DNA from: Nannocystis radixulma
Lineage (GTDB): Bacteria > Myxococcota_A > Polyangia > Nannocystales > Nannocystaceae
Assembly (NCBI RefSeq): GCF_028369095.1
Contig: NZ_JAQNDN010000024.1
Coordinates: forward strand, 89,350-153,349
DNA: 64,000 bases
Reading direction: 5' to 3'
The notes below the pieces were generated by a model that did no database searches, was not told the DNA's origin, and saw only the letters and a program-made list of their open reading frames with translations. This document shows positions 20,803 to 30,247 of this stretch, one piece after another. The position numbers and the translations under genes were made by a program. Position 1 is the stretch's first letter, and the number at the start of each line of letters is the position of its first letter.

Positions 20803-21054
20803 AAAACCTCGGCGTCCAGGACGCGCGACTTAGTGTCTTATTCAGGAGGGGGTCGGGCCAAGGGGTAGCCTCGCGCGGGGCGGCATCGCCCGCCAGCAGC
20901 GAGCTCACGGCGACGGAGATCGACGCGTGCGAGGGCCGATACCGCCCGCGTACCGCACAAGGGCCGATCCGGCGGCCTGGCCACCTCTACGCGGCCGTTC
21001 GCGGCGAGAGGGCCATTATCACCCGTCGTCTGTGAGGGTGCGAGGCGGCTTTAC

Positions 21055-21070
21055 AGACCGGTGGGGGTCT
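21055..21070. promoter_or_regulatory. Imperfect palindrome AGACC-ggtggg-GGTCT upstream of the TetR gene (candidate operator)
   Basis: Read directly, about 57 bp upstream of the TetR ATG. Confidence 0.2.
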
Positions 21071-21126
21071 CCGTTAGCGTGGAGGCCGGGGGCGCTGGCC
21101 AGGCGCCGGGAGGGTGGGGAGCAGCG

Positions 21127-21720
21127 ATGACACGCCAGAAGATCGACGACCAGCGCAAGCAGCAGATCAGGGCTGCGGCGACGCGGTGCTTCGTGCGCCG
21201 CGGCTACTCCTCGACGCGGCTCCTGGACATTGCCCGCGACGCCGGCCTCAGCAAGGGCGGGGTTTACTTCCACTACAAGGCCAAAGAGTCGCTGTTCCAC
21301 GACATCCTGGACGCGCAGCTCCTGGCCCTGCAAGAGCGCTGGGCGGCGGACGTCCCGCCGGACCTGCCGGCCGACCGGGCGCTCGCGCAGGTGGCGGCCA
21401 ACCACCTCCGCCTGTTCGTGGAGCACGGCGACGAGGCCAAGCTCTGCAACTTGCTGGTGACGATGTCGGGCCAGATCCAGGAGTACCGCGAGAAGCTCGA
21501 GAAGACGTTCGCCGAGATGCGCACGGCCTACGCCGAGATCGTGCGCCGCGGCGTCGAGCAGGGCGTGCTGGCCGGGGACCCGCAGGTGGTGGCCCGCGGC
21601 ATCATCGCCGTGATCTACGGGCTGGCGGCCCAGGCGTCGGTCGACCCGCAGGGACGGATCCCGCTGACGGTGGAGCAGGCCGTCGAGCAGATCATGAGGC
21701 TCGCGGGCTCGCGGGCCTGA
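21127..21720 (+). CDS. TetR family transcriptional regulator
   Basis: IRAAATRCFVRRGYSSTRLLDIARDAGLSKGGVYFHYKAKESLF helix-turn-helix. GGGAGGGTGGGGAG ribosome-binding site upstream. Confidence 0.85.
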   Translation: MTRQKIDDQRKQQIRAAATRCFVRRGYSSTRLLDIARDAGLSKGGVYFHYKAKESLFHDILDAQLLALQERWAADVPPDLPADRALAQVAANHLRLFVEHGDEAKLCNLLVTMSGQIQEYREKLEKTFAEMRTAYAEIVRRGVEQGVLAGDPQVVARGIIAVIYGLAAQASVDPQGRIPLTVEQAVEQIMRLAGSRA

Positions 21721-22972
21721 AGTCGTCGTCGTCGCCGCTGTCGACGGGCCGCGTGAAGCGGACCCCGCCGAGGCCGACCCACCCGTCGTCGGGACCGACC
21801 GGGCGGCCGGACGCGTAGGCGACGAGGTCGGCCCCGTAGCCGACAGGGAACAGACGCGCAGCGGTGACGAGGGCCGCGGTGCCGCTCGGCGGGTCGAGGC
21901 CCGGGACGCCCTTGCAGCAGCGTTCCAGCTGCTCGGGCCGCGCGTCGGCCAGGGCGGCCAGGCAGGCCCGGTCGCGGGCCACCAGGGCGGCGGCCCGCTC
22001 CCTCGTCAGCGGCGCGCGCCCGTAGGCGGGCCCCTCGTGGCCGAGCTCGGCGGTCACCCACCAGAGCACGCGCCTGTCCTCGAGGACATGTTCCATGGTA
22101 GCGAGGAAGCTCTCGACCGGGCCGCCGTCGTCGAGCTCGATCGCCCCCGGGCCGCACAGCACCGGGAGTACCGGAGGACATGCTCCATCGTACAGGTGCT
22201 GAAGGACAGCCGCGGCGAGCTCGAGGCTCAGCGCCTCGCGGTGGCGGATCTCCTCGCGCCGGATCCACGGCAGGCGGCGGTCGAGCGCGCGGACCAGCGC
22301 CGGGTCGCTGGCCAGCTCGCCGCGCGGGGTGGCGTAGCGCTTGTCGGTGATGACGAACGGCTGCAGGCCGGGGTGGTAGTCGGTGCCGACGACGACGACG
22401 AGGTCGATGTCGCGGGCGCGCGGCAGGCCGCGCAGGACCTCGTCGCTCAGGCCGGCGGCGGCGTGGACGGCGGCGTCGGGCGGCGCGGCGCCGGTGCCCG
22501 GCAGCGGCTGGTGCGGCAGGAGCACGCCGAGGACGTCGCTGGCGTCGGCGAGCCTGGCCGAAGGGTCAGGTAGTGCGGCGGCCAGGGCGGCGCCGAGGGC
22601 CGTCGGGTCGTCGGGGTAGAGCAGGCCGGCCCAGCGCGGCCGCCTCACCGGGTTGGCCAGGAACTCGCGGTGGATGGCCTCCCAGCGGGCGCGGAAGGCG
22701 TCGTCGTCGAGGTAGCCGGCGCTCTCGAGGTCGCGCACCAGGGCCTCGAGGTCGGCGAGCGGGATGTCGATGATCCCGCGCATCGCCAGCGACTGGCGCA
22801 GCTGCGGCACGGTGCGCTGGCCGTCGAGCGCGTCGAGGATGACGGAGGCCTCCTGCGGGAAGGCGACCTGCTCGCTGAGTCCGGTCGGGTCGCGCAGGAC
22901 GAGCAACGCCTCGTCGCCGCGCTGCAGCGCGACGCGCTCGACTTTGCGGAGCCTGGGCTTGTCGGTGGCCAT
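21692..22972 (-). CDS. MEMO1/AmmeMemoRadiSam-protein-B-like protein with extra ~90-aa N-terminal domain
   Basis: MATDKPRLRKVERV...RRPRWAGLLYPDDP (cf. R..AG.WY)...LVVVVGTDYH...EEIRHREALSLE (cf. EHSIE). ATG lies 2 bp after the stop of the upstream gene. Confidence 0.7.
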   Translation of the reverse strand: MATDKPRLRKVERVALQRGDEALLVLRDPTGLSEQVAFPQEASVILDALDGQRTVPQLRQSLAMRGIIDIPLADLEALVRDLESAGYLDDDAFRARWEAIHREFLANPVRRPRWAGLLYPDDPTALGAALAAALPDPSARLADASDVLGVLLPHQPLPGTGAAPPDAAVHAAAGLSDEVLRGLPRARDIDLVVVVGTDYHPGLQPFVITDKRYATPRGELASDPALVRALDRRLPWIRREEIRHREALSLELAAAVLQHLYDGACPPVLPVLCGPGAIELDDGGPVESFLATMEHVLEDRRVLWWVTAELGHEGPAYGRAPLTRERAAALVARDRACLAALADARPEQLERCCKGVPGLDPPSGTAALVTAARLFPVGYGADLVAYASGRPVGPDDGWVGLGGVRFTRPVDSGDDDDFRPASPRAS

Positions 22973-22974
22973 CG

Positions 22975-24690
22975 TCAGTTGCTCGCGCAGGGATCGTCGA
23001 GGTCGGGGAACAGGCCGCGGACGGCCCGCTGGGCGCTCGTGGCCAGCTCCTCGCGCTTGCTCGCGGCGCACAGGGCCGCGCGCACGTCGTCGGACGGGGC
23101 CGCCTTGTCGTCGGCGTAGCGCTGCAGGGCGCGCACGAGGCGGAGCGCGACCGCGAGGTCGTCGGTGCTGCGCAGTACGGCGGCGACGACGTCGGCGCCG
23201 GCGCTGCCGTGGCGATCGACGAGCTGGCGCGCGGCCTCGGCCCGCCGGTCGACGTTCTGATCGGCGTCGACCACCACGGCCTGCAGCGCGGCGAAGGCGT
23301 CGGGACCACCGCAGCGGCCGAGCGCGGCGATGACCTCGCGCGCGACGGTGGCGTCGGTCTCGAAGGTGTTGCCCGAGGTGCTGGTGCCGTCGCGCAGCCG
23401 GCGGAGGAGGCCCGCGGAGCACGGGCCGTCGACGCGGGCGAGCGCGGCTGCGCGGACCTCGGGCCAGGCGTGGCGCTGGCTGACGTCGAGCCAGGCGCCA
23501 TCGGCCGGCAGGGTGGCGACGGCGAAGGCCGCGACGGCGACCCGCGGCGCGTCGGCGCCGGTGAGCTGCAGGCGGTCGACGACGGCGGCGGCAGGGCCGG
23601 GCTCGAGCCCGGCGAGGGCGAGGCTGCCGAGGATCTCGCTGCGCAGCTCGACGCGCTTGTCGGCGGGCAGGTGCTGCTCGGCGAGGCGCGCGAGCACCGT
23701 CTGCGCCGCGGGATCGCTGCGCCGCGCGACGAGCACGCGGAGCGCGGCGACGCGGGCGGCGAACTCGGCAGCGGCGTCCTCGGCGAGGGCGGCCGCGCGC
23801 TGGGTGAACACGCCGTCGTCCCTGCCGCCGATCGCAGCCCGCAGCAGCACGAGGCCGGGCAGGCGCGCCGGTTCGCGGGCCTCGATCGCGGCGTCGACGA
23901 CCTGCACGAGCTGGGCCCGCTCGCCGGCGGACGCGTGCGCGCGGCGGGCGATCGCCTGGCGCAGCGCGGCGCGCAGGCTCGGCGCGCCGAGGCCGACCAG
24001 CGCGACGAGCTCGGGCAGCTTGTCGGCCGGCGTGACGGCGACGAGGTCGGCGAGCAAGAGGCCACGCAGCTCCTCGCTGAACGACTTCTCGGCCACGAGC
24101 CCGGTGAGCGCGGGCGCGGCCGCGGGGCCCTGCGCGCGCAAGATCTCGCGCCATGGTTCGGCGGCCGGCAGCTCGATGCCCTGCTCCTGCGACTGCTTGG
24201 CCGCGGCGGCGACGTCGCGGCGCATGGCGTCGGCGAACAGCGGGACGTCCTCGGGGCGGGCGATGCCGCCGAGCAGCGCGAGCAGGCGGCGCTGCTCGAC
24301 CGCGGTGGGCGCGGGCGTGGCGGTCATGCGCGCGGTGACCAGCGGCGCGGCGACGGTCGGGTGCTGCTCGAGCCGCGCGCGGGCCTGCAGGTAGTCCTGG
24401 CCGCGGCCGGTGAGCACGAGCTCGATGTCGGCGCGGGCCTGCTCGGGGCCGTAGGCCGGCGGGATGGGGGCCGGAGCGGGCTCGGGGGCGGAGGCCTTGG
24501 CCTTGCCGCCGCGGGCCGGCGCGAGGGCCAGGAGCGGGCCTGGCCGTTCGGACATGCCCGAACGCACCTGGCCGCCAGGACCTGCGCCGAGGGACATGCT
24601 CGAACCGCCAGGTGCCGCGCCGGCGAGCGCGAGCCAGGCGATCAGCGAGAGGGCCGACAGGGGGGTCGCCACGGGGGACAAGACTGCCAC
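22975..24690 (-). CDS. Secreted all-alpha (HEAT/ARM-like) repeat protein
   Basis: 571 aa. Signal peptide MAVLSPVATPLSALSLIAWLALAGAA. Leu/Ala-rich helical repeats. The N-terminal region carries GGACA-family copies. Confidence 0.55.
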   Translation of the reverse strand: MAVLSPVATPLSALSLIAWLALAGAAPGGSSMSLGAGPGGQVRSGMSERPGPLLALAPARGGKAKASAPEPAPAPIPPAYGPEQARADIELVLTGRGQDYLQARARLEQHPTVAAPLVTARMTATPAPTAVEQRRLLALLGGIARPEDVPLFADAMRRDVAAAAKQSQEQGIELPAAEPWREILRAQGPAAAPALTGLVAEKSFSEELRGLLLADLVAVTPADKLPELVALVGLGAPSLRAALRQAIARRAHASAGERAQLVQVVDAAIEAREPARLPGLVLLRAAIGGRDDGVFTQRAAALAEDAAAEFAARVAALRVLVARRSDPAAQTVLARLAEQHLPADKRVELRSEILGSLALAGLEPGPAAAVVDRLQLTGADAPRVAVAAFAVATLPADGAWLDVSQRHAWPEVRAAALARVDGPCSAGLLRRLRDGTSTSGNTFETDATVAREVIAALGRCGGPDAFAALQAVVVDADQNVDRRAEAARQLVDRHGSAGADVVAAVLRSTDDLAVALRLVRALQRYADDKAAPSDDVRAALCAASKREELATSAQRAVRGLFPDLDDPCASN

Positions 24691-24700
24691 GCCTCGCCGC

Positions 24701-26065
24701 TCAGCGCAGCACGATCGTCTCGATCTGCCGGCGCGACATGACGTACGACAGGAGGAGCGCGCGCTTGTCCGTGGCTTGAGTCACGTCGAGCAGGCGCAGG
24801 AAGTCGGCGCTCTCGGAGTCGGCCTCGGCCTGGTTGGCGATCATCCGCTGGACGATCTCGACGAGCGCGCCGGCCTTGAGCGGGGTGTCGGTCGGCATGC
24901 GGAGGAAGAAGCCGAAGTACTCGTGGGCCACGCCGGCCATCTGCAGGCCCTCGGGGCGCGGCAGCAGCAGCTGGAGCAGCCCGCGGCGGCCCTTCGACAT
25001 GCCGCCGAAGCCGAGCTCGCGGACGGCGGCCTCGGTGGCGACGGCGAAGAAGCCGGCGTCGACCGGCACGCCGACGACGAGGCGGTCGACCTCGCGGGGC
25101 AGTGTGCGCTTGCCGCGGGCATAGTTGGCGGCGATCTCGTTCATGACGCCCGGCGGCGCGACGACCAGCTCGCCGCCGTCGAGCACGCGCAGCAGCACCT
25201 CGCCGCCGTGGTAGCGCAGCGGCGTGAGCGCATAGGCCCGCTCGCCGCGGGGGAGCAGGCGGCCGGCGGCGACCGCGGCCTCGAGCTTGGCGGCGAGGTC
25301 GGGGATCTCGATGATCGCGGCGGAGCGGGTGAAGTCGCCGTGCGCGAGGGCGAACGCGCCGCGGGTCCAGACCGCCGCGGTGTCGTCGCCGAGGGCGCGC
25401 GCGACCTGGCAGGTGGCGTCGGCGAACACCGGCTCGGGCCGGCGCGGGCGCCCCTCGGCCTCGGCCTGGGCGCGCCGCTTCTTGTACGCCTCGGTCCGCT
25501 TCTTCTCCTCGGCGACGACGTCGGACATGGCCTTTTGGACAGTCACACCTGTCTCTCGGGACTTGCGCTGGGCCTTGCGGAAGATCCGGACGTCGTCGAG
25601 CTGGTCGCGCACGTGCGGGTCGCAGGTCATGACGTACTCGGCGATCTCGTCGAGCTGCTTGGCCAGCGGCGCGGCCATGAGGCGCTGCATGTGGGCGTGG
25701 AAGACGACGTCGAAGTCCTTCGGCAGGAAGCGGGCGGTGTAGGGCAGGTGGCCGCGGCGGGTGTCGGTCTTGCCGGCGTCCCAGAAGCGGCGCAGCGCGG
25801 CCTTGAGGTCCTCGGGTCGATCCTCTTTCTCGTACAGCTTCACGAGGCGCAGGAGGCCGTCGGTGACCAGCTCGCGGCGATCGGTGCGCTCGTCGAGCAG
25901 CGCCTCGAAGTGCTCGATCGCGCAGTCGCGGCGTTCGATCTCCTCCATGCAGTGCACGCCCTTGCGGTGCAGGCGCTCGGCGCTCGACTCGCCGCCGCGG
26001 ACCGACGCGGGCGCCAGGGCGAGCAGGGCGAGGGAGGCGGCGGCGAGGAGCGTGCGGGCGGACAC
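24701..26065 (-). CDS. Hypothetical secreted protein (454 aa), first gene of a three-gene minus-strand operon
   Basis: Signal peptide MSARTLLAAASLALLALAPASVRG. Balanced composition. 10-bp gap to the next gene. Confidence 0.55.
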   Translation of the reverse strand: MSARTLLAAASLALLALAPASVRGGESSAERLHRKGVHCMEEIERRDCAIEHFEALLDERTDRRELVTDGLLRLVKLYEKEDRPEDLKAALRRFWDAGKTDTRRGHLPYTARFLPKDFDVVFHAHMQRLMAAPLAKQLDEIAEYVMTCDPHVRDQLDDVRIFRKAQRKSRETGVTVQKAMSDVVAEEKKRTEAYKKRRAQAEAEGRPRRPEPVFADATCQVARALGDDTAAVWTRGAFALAHGDFTRSAAIIEIPDLAAKLEAAVAAGRLLPRGERAYALTPLRYHGGEVLLRVLDGGELVVAPPGVMNEIAANYARGKRTLPREVDRLVVGVPVDAGFFAVATEAAVRELGFGGMSKGRRGLLQLLLPRPEGLQMAGVAHEYFGFFLRMPTDTPLKAGALVEIVQRMIANQAEADSESADFLRLLDVTQATDKRALLLSYVMSRRQIETIVLR

Positions 26066-26145
26066 TGCGGCGAGGATGGCACTGTCGCGCGGCGGGGACC
26101 ACTTGTGTGCGGCGGCAGGGGTGTGTCAAAACCCGCGCGCGAGCG

Positions 26146-27171
26146 ATGGGTCCCGAAGCCTACGACTACGTGTTACCGCCCGAGCAGATCGCCCAGACGC
26201 CGGCGGCGCGGCGCGGCGATGCCCGCATGCTGGTGCAGCGCGACGCGGGGGCGCCGGTCCACGCGCACGCGCGTGAGCTGCCGCGCTTCCTCGACGCGCG
26301 CGCGCTGGTCGTGGTCAACGACTCGCGGGTGGTGCCGGCGCGGCTGCGGGTGCAGCACAACGGGCGCGAGCTGGAGTTGCTGGTCTGCGATCCGCGGCCG
26401 GGGCTGTTGCCTGGGCAGACGTTCCGCGCGTGGGTCCGCGGGGCCAAGCGGCTGCGGGCCGGCGACGTGGTGCGCTGCGGCGAGTGGGTGGCCCGCTACG
26501 TCGAGCCCGACGTCGTCGACCCGCGGGCGCGGGTGTTCTGCGTCGAGGCCGGCGAGTGGATGGGCGCGCTCACGAGTCGCGGCGAGGTGCCGCTGCCGCC
26601 GTACATCCGCCGGCCCGCGGGGCCGACCGACGAGGACGCGTCGCGCTACCAGACGACCTACGCGGCGCAGCCGGGCTCGGTGGCCGCGCCGACGGCCGGG
26701 CTGCACTGGGAGCCCGAGGTGCTGGCGCAGCTCGACGTCGTGCGGGTGACGCTGCACGTCGGGCCGGGCACGTTCCTGCCGCTCGAGGCCGAGGATGTCC
26801 GCGAGCACAAGGTGGGCGCCGAGCGGGTCGAGCTCGACGCGACGGCCGCGAGCCGGATCGCGGCGGCGAAGGCCGAGGGCCGGCCGGTCGTGGCCGTCGG
26901 CACCACGGCCACGCGCGCGCTCGAGGCGGTCGCCCGCGCCGGCGAGATCGCGCCGTTCTCCGGCACGACCGACCTGGTGATCGCGCCCGGCTTCGAGTTC
27001 AAGGTGGTCGACGCGATCGTCACCAACTTCCACCTGCCGCGCAGCTCGCTGCTGATGCTGGTGTGCTGCCTCGGCGGGCGCGAGCGCGTGCTCGCGGCCT
27101 ACGCCGAGGCGGTGGCCGCCGGCTATCGCTTCTACTCGTACGGCGACTGCATGCTGCTCACGCGCCTCTGA
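26146..27171 (+). CDS. queA: S-adenosylmethionine:tRNA ribosyltransferase-isomerase QueA
   Basis: MGPEAYDYVLPPEQIAQTPAARRGDARMLV...GEVPLPPYI...APTAGLHW...AVGTTATRALE. Confidence 0.9.
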   Translation: MGPEAYDYVLPPEQIAQTPAARRGDARMLVQRDAGAPVHAHARELPRFLDARALVVVNDSRVVPARLRVQHNGRELELLVCDPRPGLLPGQTFRAWVRGAKRLRAGDVVRCGEWVARYVEPDVVDPRARVFCVEAGEWMGALTSRGEVPLPPYIRRPAGPTDEDASRYQTTYAAQPGSVAAPTAGLHWEPEVLAQLDVVRVTLHVGPGTFLPLEAEDVREHKVGAERVELDATAASRIAAAKAEGRPVVAVGTTATRALEAVARAGEIAPFSGTTDLVIAPGFEFKVVDAIVTNFHLPRSSLLMLVCCLGGRERVLAAYAEAVAAGYRFYSYGDCMLLTRL

Positions 27172-27595
27172 GTGCATAGGACATGCTCGGTGGAGCATGT
27201 CCTTGCGGACAGCCATCTCCGTCCGGGAGAGCATGTCCTCTTGGACATGGTACATGCGACACCGCCGCGCTCGCCGCCGCTCGATGAGCCGTCCCGCACG
27301 GCGACAAGCGGGGCCGGCGACGCTCTTCGCAGGCGGGCACGGAGCGGCGGAGTGGGACGCCGGCGGGAGGGGCCGCAGGCAACCGCGCGCAGGCGCCATC
27401 GTCCGCCAGGCACGAACGAACCTGTCCTCAACGACGGATCAACATCGAAGCCCACGGGCGCCGAGCACGTTGCCTGGGAGGGCCCCGCCGAAGCGAGCCG
27501 AAGCGAGGGACCTGCTCCGCCGCTCCGTGCCCGCCGTCACCCAGCTCTCCACGGCCCCGCGTCTTCGGTCGCGCGCTTGTCTCAGACAGGCCCCT

Positions 27596-28471
27596 CTAGC
27601 CGAGGGCGAGGACGGCGAGGCCGAGGACGACGAGGTAGGGCACGAAGGGGACCACGCCGACGCGGACGAGCAGGACCAGCAGCACGCGCAGGGTGGCGAC
27701 GCCGACGACGAAGCTGACGAAGAAGCCGACGACGAAGGCCAGCGGGTCGACGGCGGGCAGGCCCTCCTTCATCAGGTCGAGCGCCTCCTTGAGCGAGGCG
27801 CCGAGGATGGCGGGGATCGCCAGCAGGAACGAGAAGCGCGCGGCCGGCAGGCGGCCGAGGCCGAGGCCCATGGCGGCGGCGATCGTCGAGCCGCTGCGCG
27901 AGATGCCGGGCAGGATGGCGACGAGCTGGGCGAGGCCGATGAGCAGCGCCTGCAGCGGCCGCGGGACCTCCTGCGGGCGCCGGCGCTTGCGGGTCAGCCA
28001 CTCGGCCAGGCCCAGCATGGCCGCGGTGACGAGGAAGCAGGCGCCGATGGCCTTGGGGTGGTGCTCGGCGGCGATGACGAGGTTCTCGACCGGCGGGGCG
28101 AGGGCGGCGGCCAGCGGCAAGGTGCCGATGACGAGCGCGAGCAGCAGCGCCCGCGCGTCGGTCGGCGAGCTGCCCGAGGGGACATGTCCCTCCGAGCCTG
28201 GCGTATCGGGCATGCGCTCGGGGACATGTCCCGGACGCAGCACGGCGCGGGCCAGCGCGAGCAGGTCGTCGCGGTAGTGGATCAGGACGGCCAGCAGGGT
28301 GCCGGCGTGGACGACGATGTTGAACGAGTGGCCGCCGGCGCCGGCGTCGAGGCCGGCGACGCGTTGGGCCAGGGCGAGGTGGCCGGACGAGGAGATCGGC
28401 AGGAACTCGGCCACGCCCTGGAGGGCGCCGAGGAGGGCGGCGAGGCCGAGGTCGAGCTCGGGGGCGGACAT
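27596..28471 (-). CDS. uppP: Undecaprenyl-diphosphatase UppP/BacA, with ~25-aa loop insertion encoded by two GGGACATGTCCC copies
   Basis: ...GISRSGSTIAAAMGLG... Insertion RPGHVPERMPDTPGSEGHVPSGSS corresponds to nt 28178-28232. Confidence 0.9.
   Translation of the reverse strand: MSAPELDLGLAALLGALQGVAEFLPISSSGHLALAQRVAGLDAGAGGHSFNIVVHAGTLLAVLIHYRDDLLALARAVLRPGHVPERMPDTPGSEGHVPSGSSPTDARALLLALVIGTLPLAAALAPPVENLVIAAEHHPKAIGACFLVTAAMLGLAEWLTRKRRRPQEVPRPLQALLIGLAQLVAILPGISRSGSTIAAAMGLGLGRLPAARFSFLLAIPAILGASLKEALDLMKEGLPAVDPLAFVVGFFVSFVVGVATLRVLLVLLVRVGVVPFVPYLVVLGLAVLALG
28178..28232. repeat. Two GGGACATGTCCC copies inserted in frame in uppP
   Basis: Read directly. Confidence 0.8.
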
Positions 28472-30213
28472 CAGGGCTCTTCACCCGTGTACGTGGCCGC
28501 GCGCTCGATCATTCCGCGCTCCCACAGGTGAGTCTCGATGGCGTGCATGAGCGGGAAGGTGCTGCGGCGGTCGATGGCGCTGATGAAGAAGGCGTCGGGG
28601 CCGGCGTCCTCGCGGCGAGCGGCCAGCTCCTCCGGCGCGAGCAGGTCGCACTTGTTGAACACGACGAGGCGCGGGACCTTGCCGGCGCCGAGGTCGCCGA
28701 GGATCCCCTCGACGGCGGCGCGCTGCTGGTCGCGGTCGGGGTCGCTGGCGTCGACGACGAGCAGCAGCAGGTCGGCGTCGGCGACCTCCTCGAGGGTGGC
28801 GCTGAACGCCTGCAGCAGGGCCGGCGGGAGGTCGCGGATGAAGCCGACGGTGTCGAGCAGGACGACCTCGCGGTCCTCGGGGAAGCGGATCCGGCGGACG
28901 GTCGGGTCGAGGGTGGCGAACAGCTTGTTCTCGGCCAGCACCTCGCTCTGGGTCACCGTGTTGAGCAGGCTCGACTTGCCGGCGTTGGTGTAGCCGACGA
29001 TCGCTACGACCGGGACGTTGGTGCTGCGGCGCAGCGCGCGGCGCTGGTCGCGACGCTGGCGCAGCTCGTCGAGGCGGCGCGTCAAGGCGCTGATGCGCTC
29101 CTTGGCGCGGCGGCGATCGATCTCGAGCTTGGTCTCGCCGGGGCCGCGCCCGCCGATCCCGCCGGCCAGCCGCGACATCGCGGTGCCCTTGCCGACCATG
29201 CGCGGCAACATGTAGCGCAGCTGGGCCAGCTCGACCTGCAGCTTGCCGTCGGCGCTGCGGGCGTGCTGGGCGAAGATGTCGAGGATCAGCGTGGTGCGAT
29301 CGATGACCTTGAGCTCGGTCTCCTCGGCGATCGCGTGCGCCTGCGAGGGCGTGAGGTCGGGGTCGCAGATCAGGAGCTCGCAGTCCTGCTCGAGCGCGCG
29401 GACGATGACCTCGCGCAGCTTGCCGTGGCCGAAGAAGGTGCGCGGGTCGGGCTGCGGGCGCCGCTGGGTCACGAGGTCCATCAGCTGGATGCCGGCGGTT
29501 CGGCACAGCTCGCGCAGCTCGGAGATCCGCGCCGGGACCTCGGGGCCGCCGCCGTGTATCATCAGCGCGGTCGCCTTGGTGCCGCGCGCCTCGGCCCGCG
29601 CGTCGGTGGTCGCGGCGACCAGCTTGGCCTCGAGCTCGCGGATGAAGCCCGTGAAGTCGATCGGCAGGTCGGGCGCGTCGGCCGGCGGGGGCGTCTCCTC
29701 GTCGGGTCGCGTCGACAGGTCGCGGCTGAGCGTCGAGACAGGTACTCTCGGCCAGGTCCGCAGCGTGAACACCTCGGCGGCCCCGGGCGCGGCCGGGGTG
29801 AGGCTGGCGAGGTCGAGCTGGATGCCGGCGGGGCCGCGGTGCACGGCGGCGACGAGGTCGAGGCGCAGCTTGGCGAGGTCGGCCAACTCCTCGCGCGTGA
29901 GCGGGTCGGGCACGAGGTGCGTGACGATCAGGCGGATGCCGCGCAAGCGGCCGAGCGCGCCGCGGACGCGGGCGAACTCCGGCAGGCTGAGGCTGTGCGC
30001 GTCGCCGAGGATGACGCGCTCGACCTGACCGCGGCGGTCGATGAAGAGGCCGAGCTGACGCCCGAGCTGGTGCGAGAGGTCGAGCAGGTCGCGCGCGAGG
30101 GCGGCCGAGATGACGCGGTCGGCGGGGACGCGGCGCTCGCCGAGGCGCTGGAGGGCGCGCGACTGGCTGCTCTTCAGGTTGGCGGTGTCGCCGTGGATGC
30201 GGTCGGCGCTCAA
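28471..30213 (-). CDS. hflX: GTPase HflX with ~200-aa N-terminal extension
   Basis: HflX N-domain (..LICDPDLTPSQAHAIAEETELKVIDRTTLILDIF..). G-domain motifs IVGYTNAGKSSLLN, DTVGF, NKCD. 1-nt overlap with uppP. Confidence 0.85.
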   Translation of the reverse strand: MSADRIHGDTANLKSSQSRALQRLGERRVPADRVISAALARDLLDLSHQLGRQLGLFIDRRGQVERVILGDAHSLSLPEFARVRGALGRLRGIRLIVTHLVPDPLTREELADLAKLRLDLVAAVHRGPAGIQLDLASLTPAAPGAAEVFTLRTWPRVPVSTLSRDLSTRPDEETPPPADAPDLPIDFTGFIRELEAKLVAATTDARAEARGTKATALMIHGGGPEVPARISELRELCRTAGIQLMDLVTQRRPQPDPRTFFGHGKLREVIVRALEQDCELLICDPDLTPSQAHAIAEETELKVIDRTTLILDIFAQHARSADGKLQVELAQLRYMLPRMVGKGTAMSRLAGGIGGRGPGETKLEIDRRRAKERISALTRRLDELRQRRDQRRALRRSTNVPVVAIVGYTNAGKSSLLNTVTQSEVLAENKLFATLDPTVRRIRFPEDREVVLLDTVGFIRDLPPALLQAFSATLEEVADADLLLLVVDASDPDRDQQRAAVEGILGDLGAGKVPRLVVFNKCDLLAPEELAARREDAGPDAFFISAIDRRSTFPLMHAIETHLWERGMIERAATYTGEEP

Positions 30214-30247
30214 GCGATCGATCCTCGCAGATGACCTTCAGGATAGG

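Noticed and set aside
24464-26749. 761-aa plus-strand ORF antisense to the secreted hypothetical gene
   Set aside because: Ala/Gly/Arg/Glu-rich with no domain signatures. The minus-strand frame has a signal peptide and balanced composition.
27575-27590. Palindrome CTTGTCTCAGACAGG in the queA/uppP convergent spacer as an independent terminator
   Set aside because: It is another degenerate member of the GGACA/TGTCC repeat family rather than a distinct feature.
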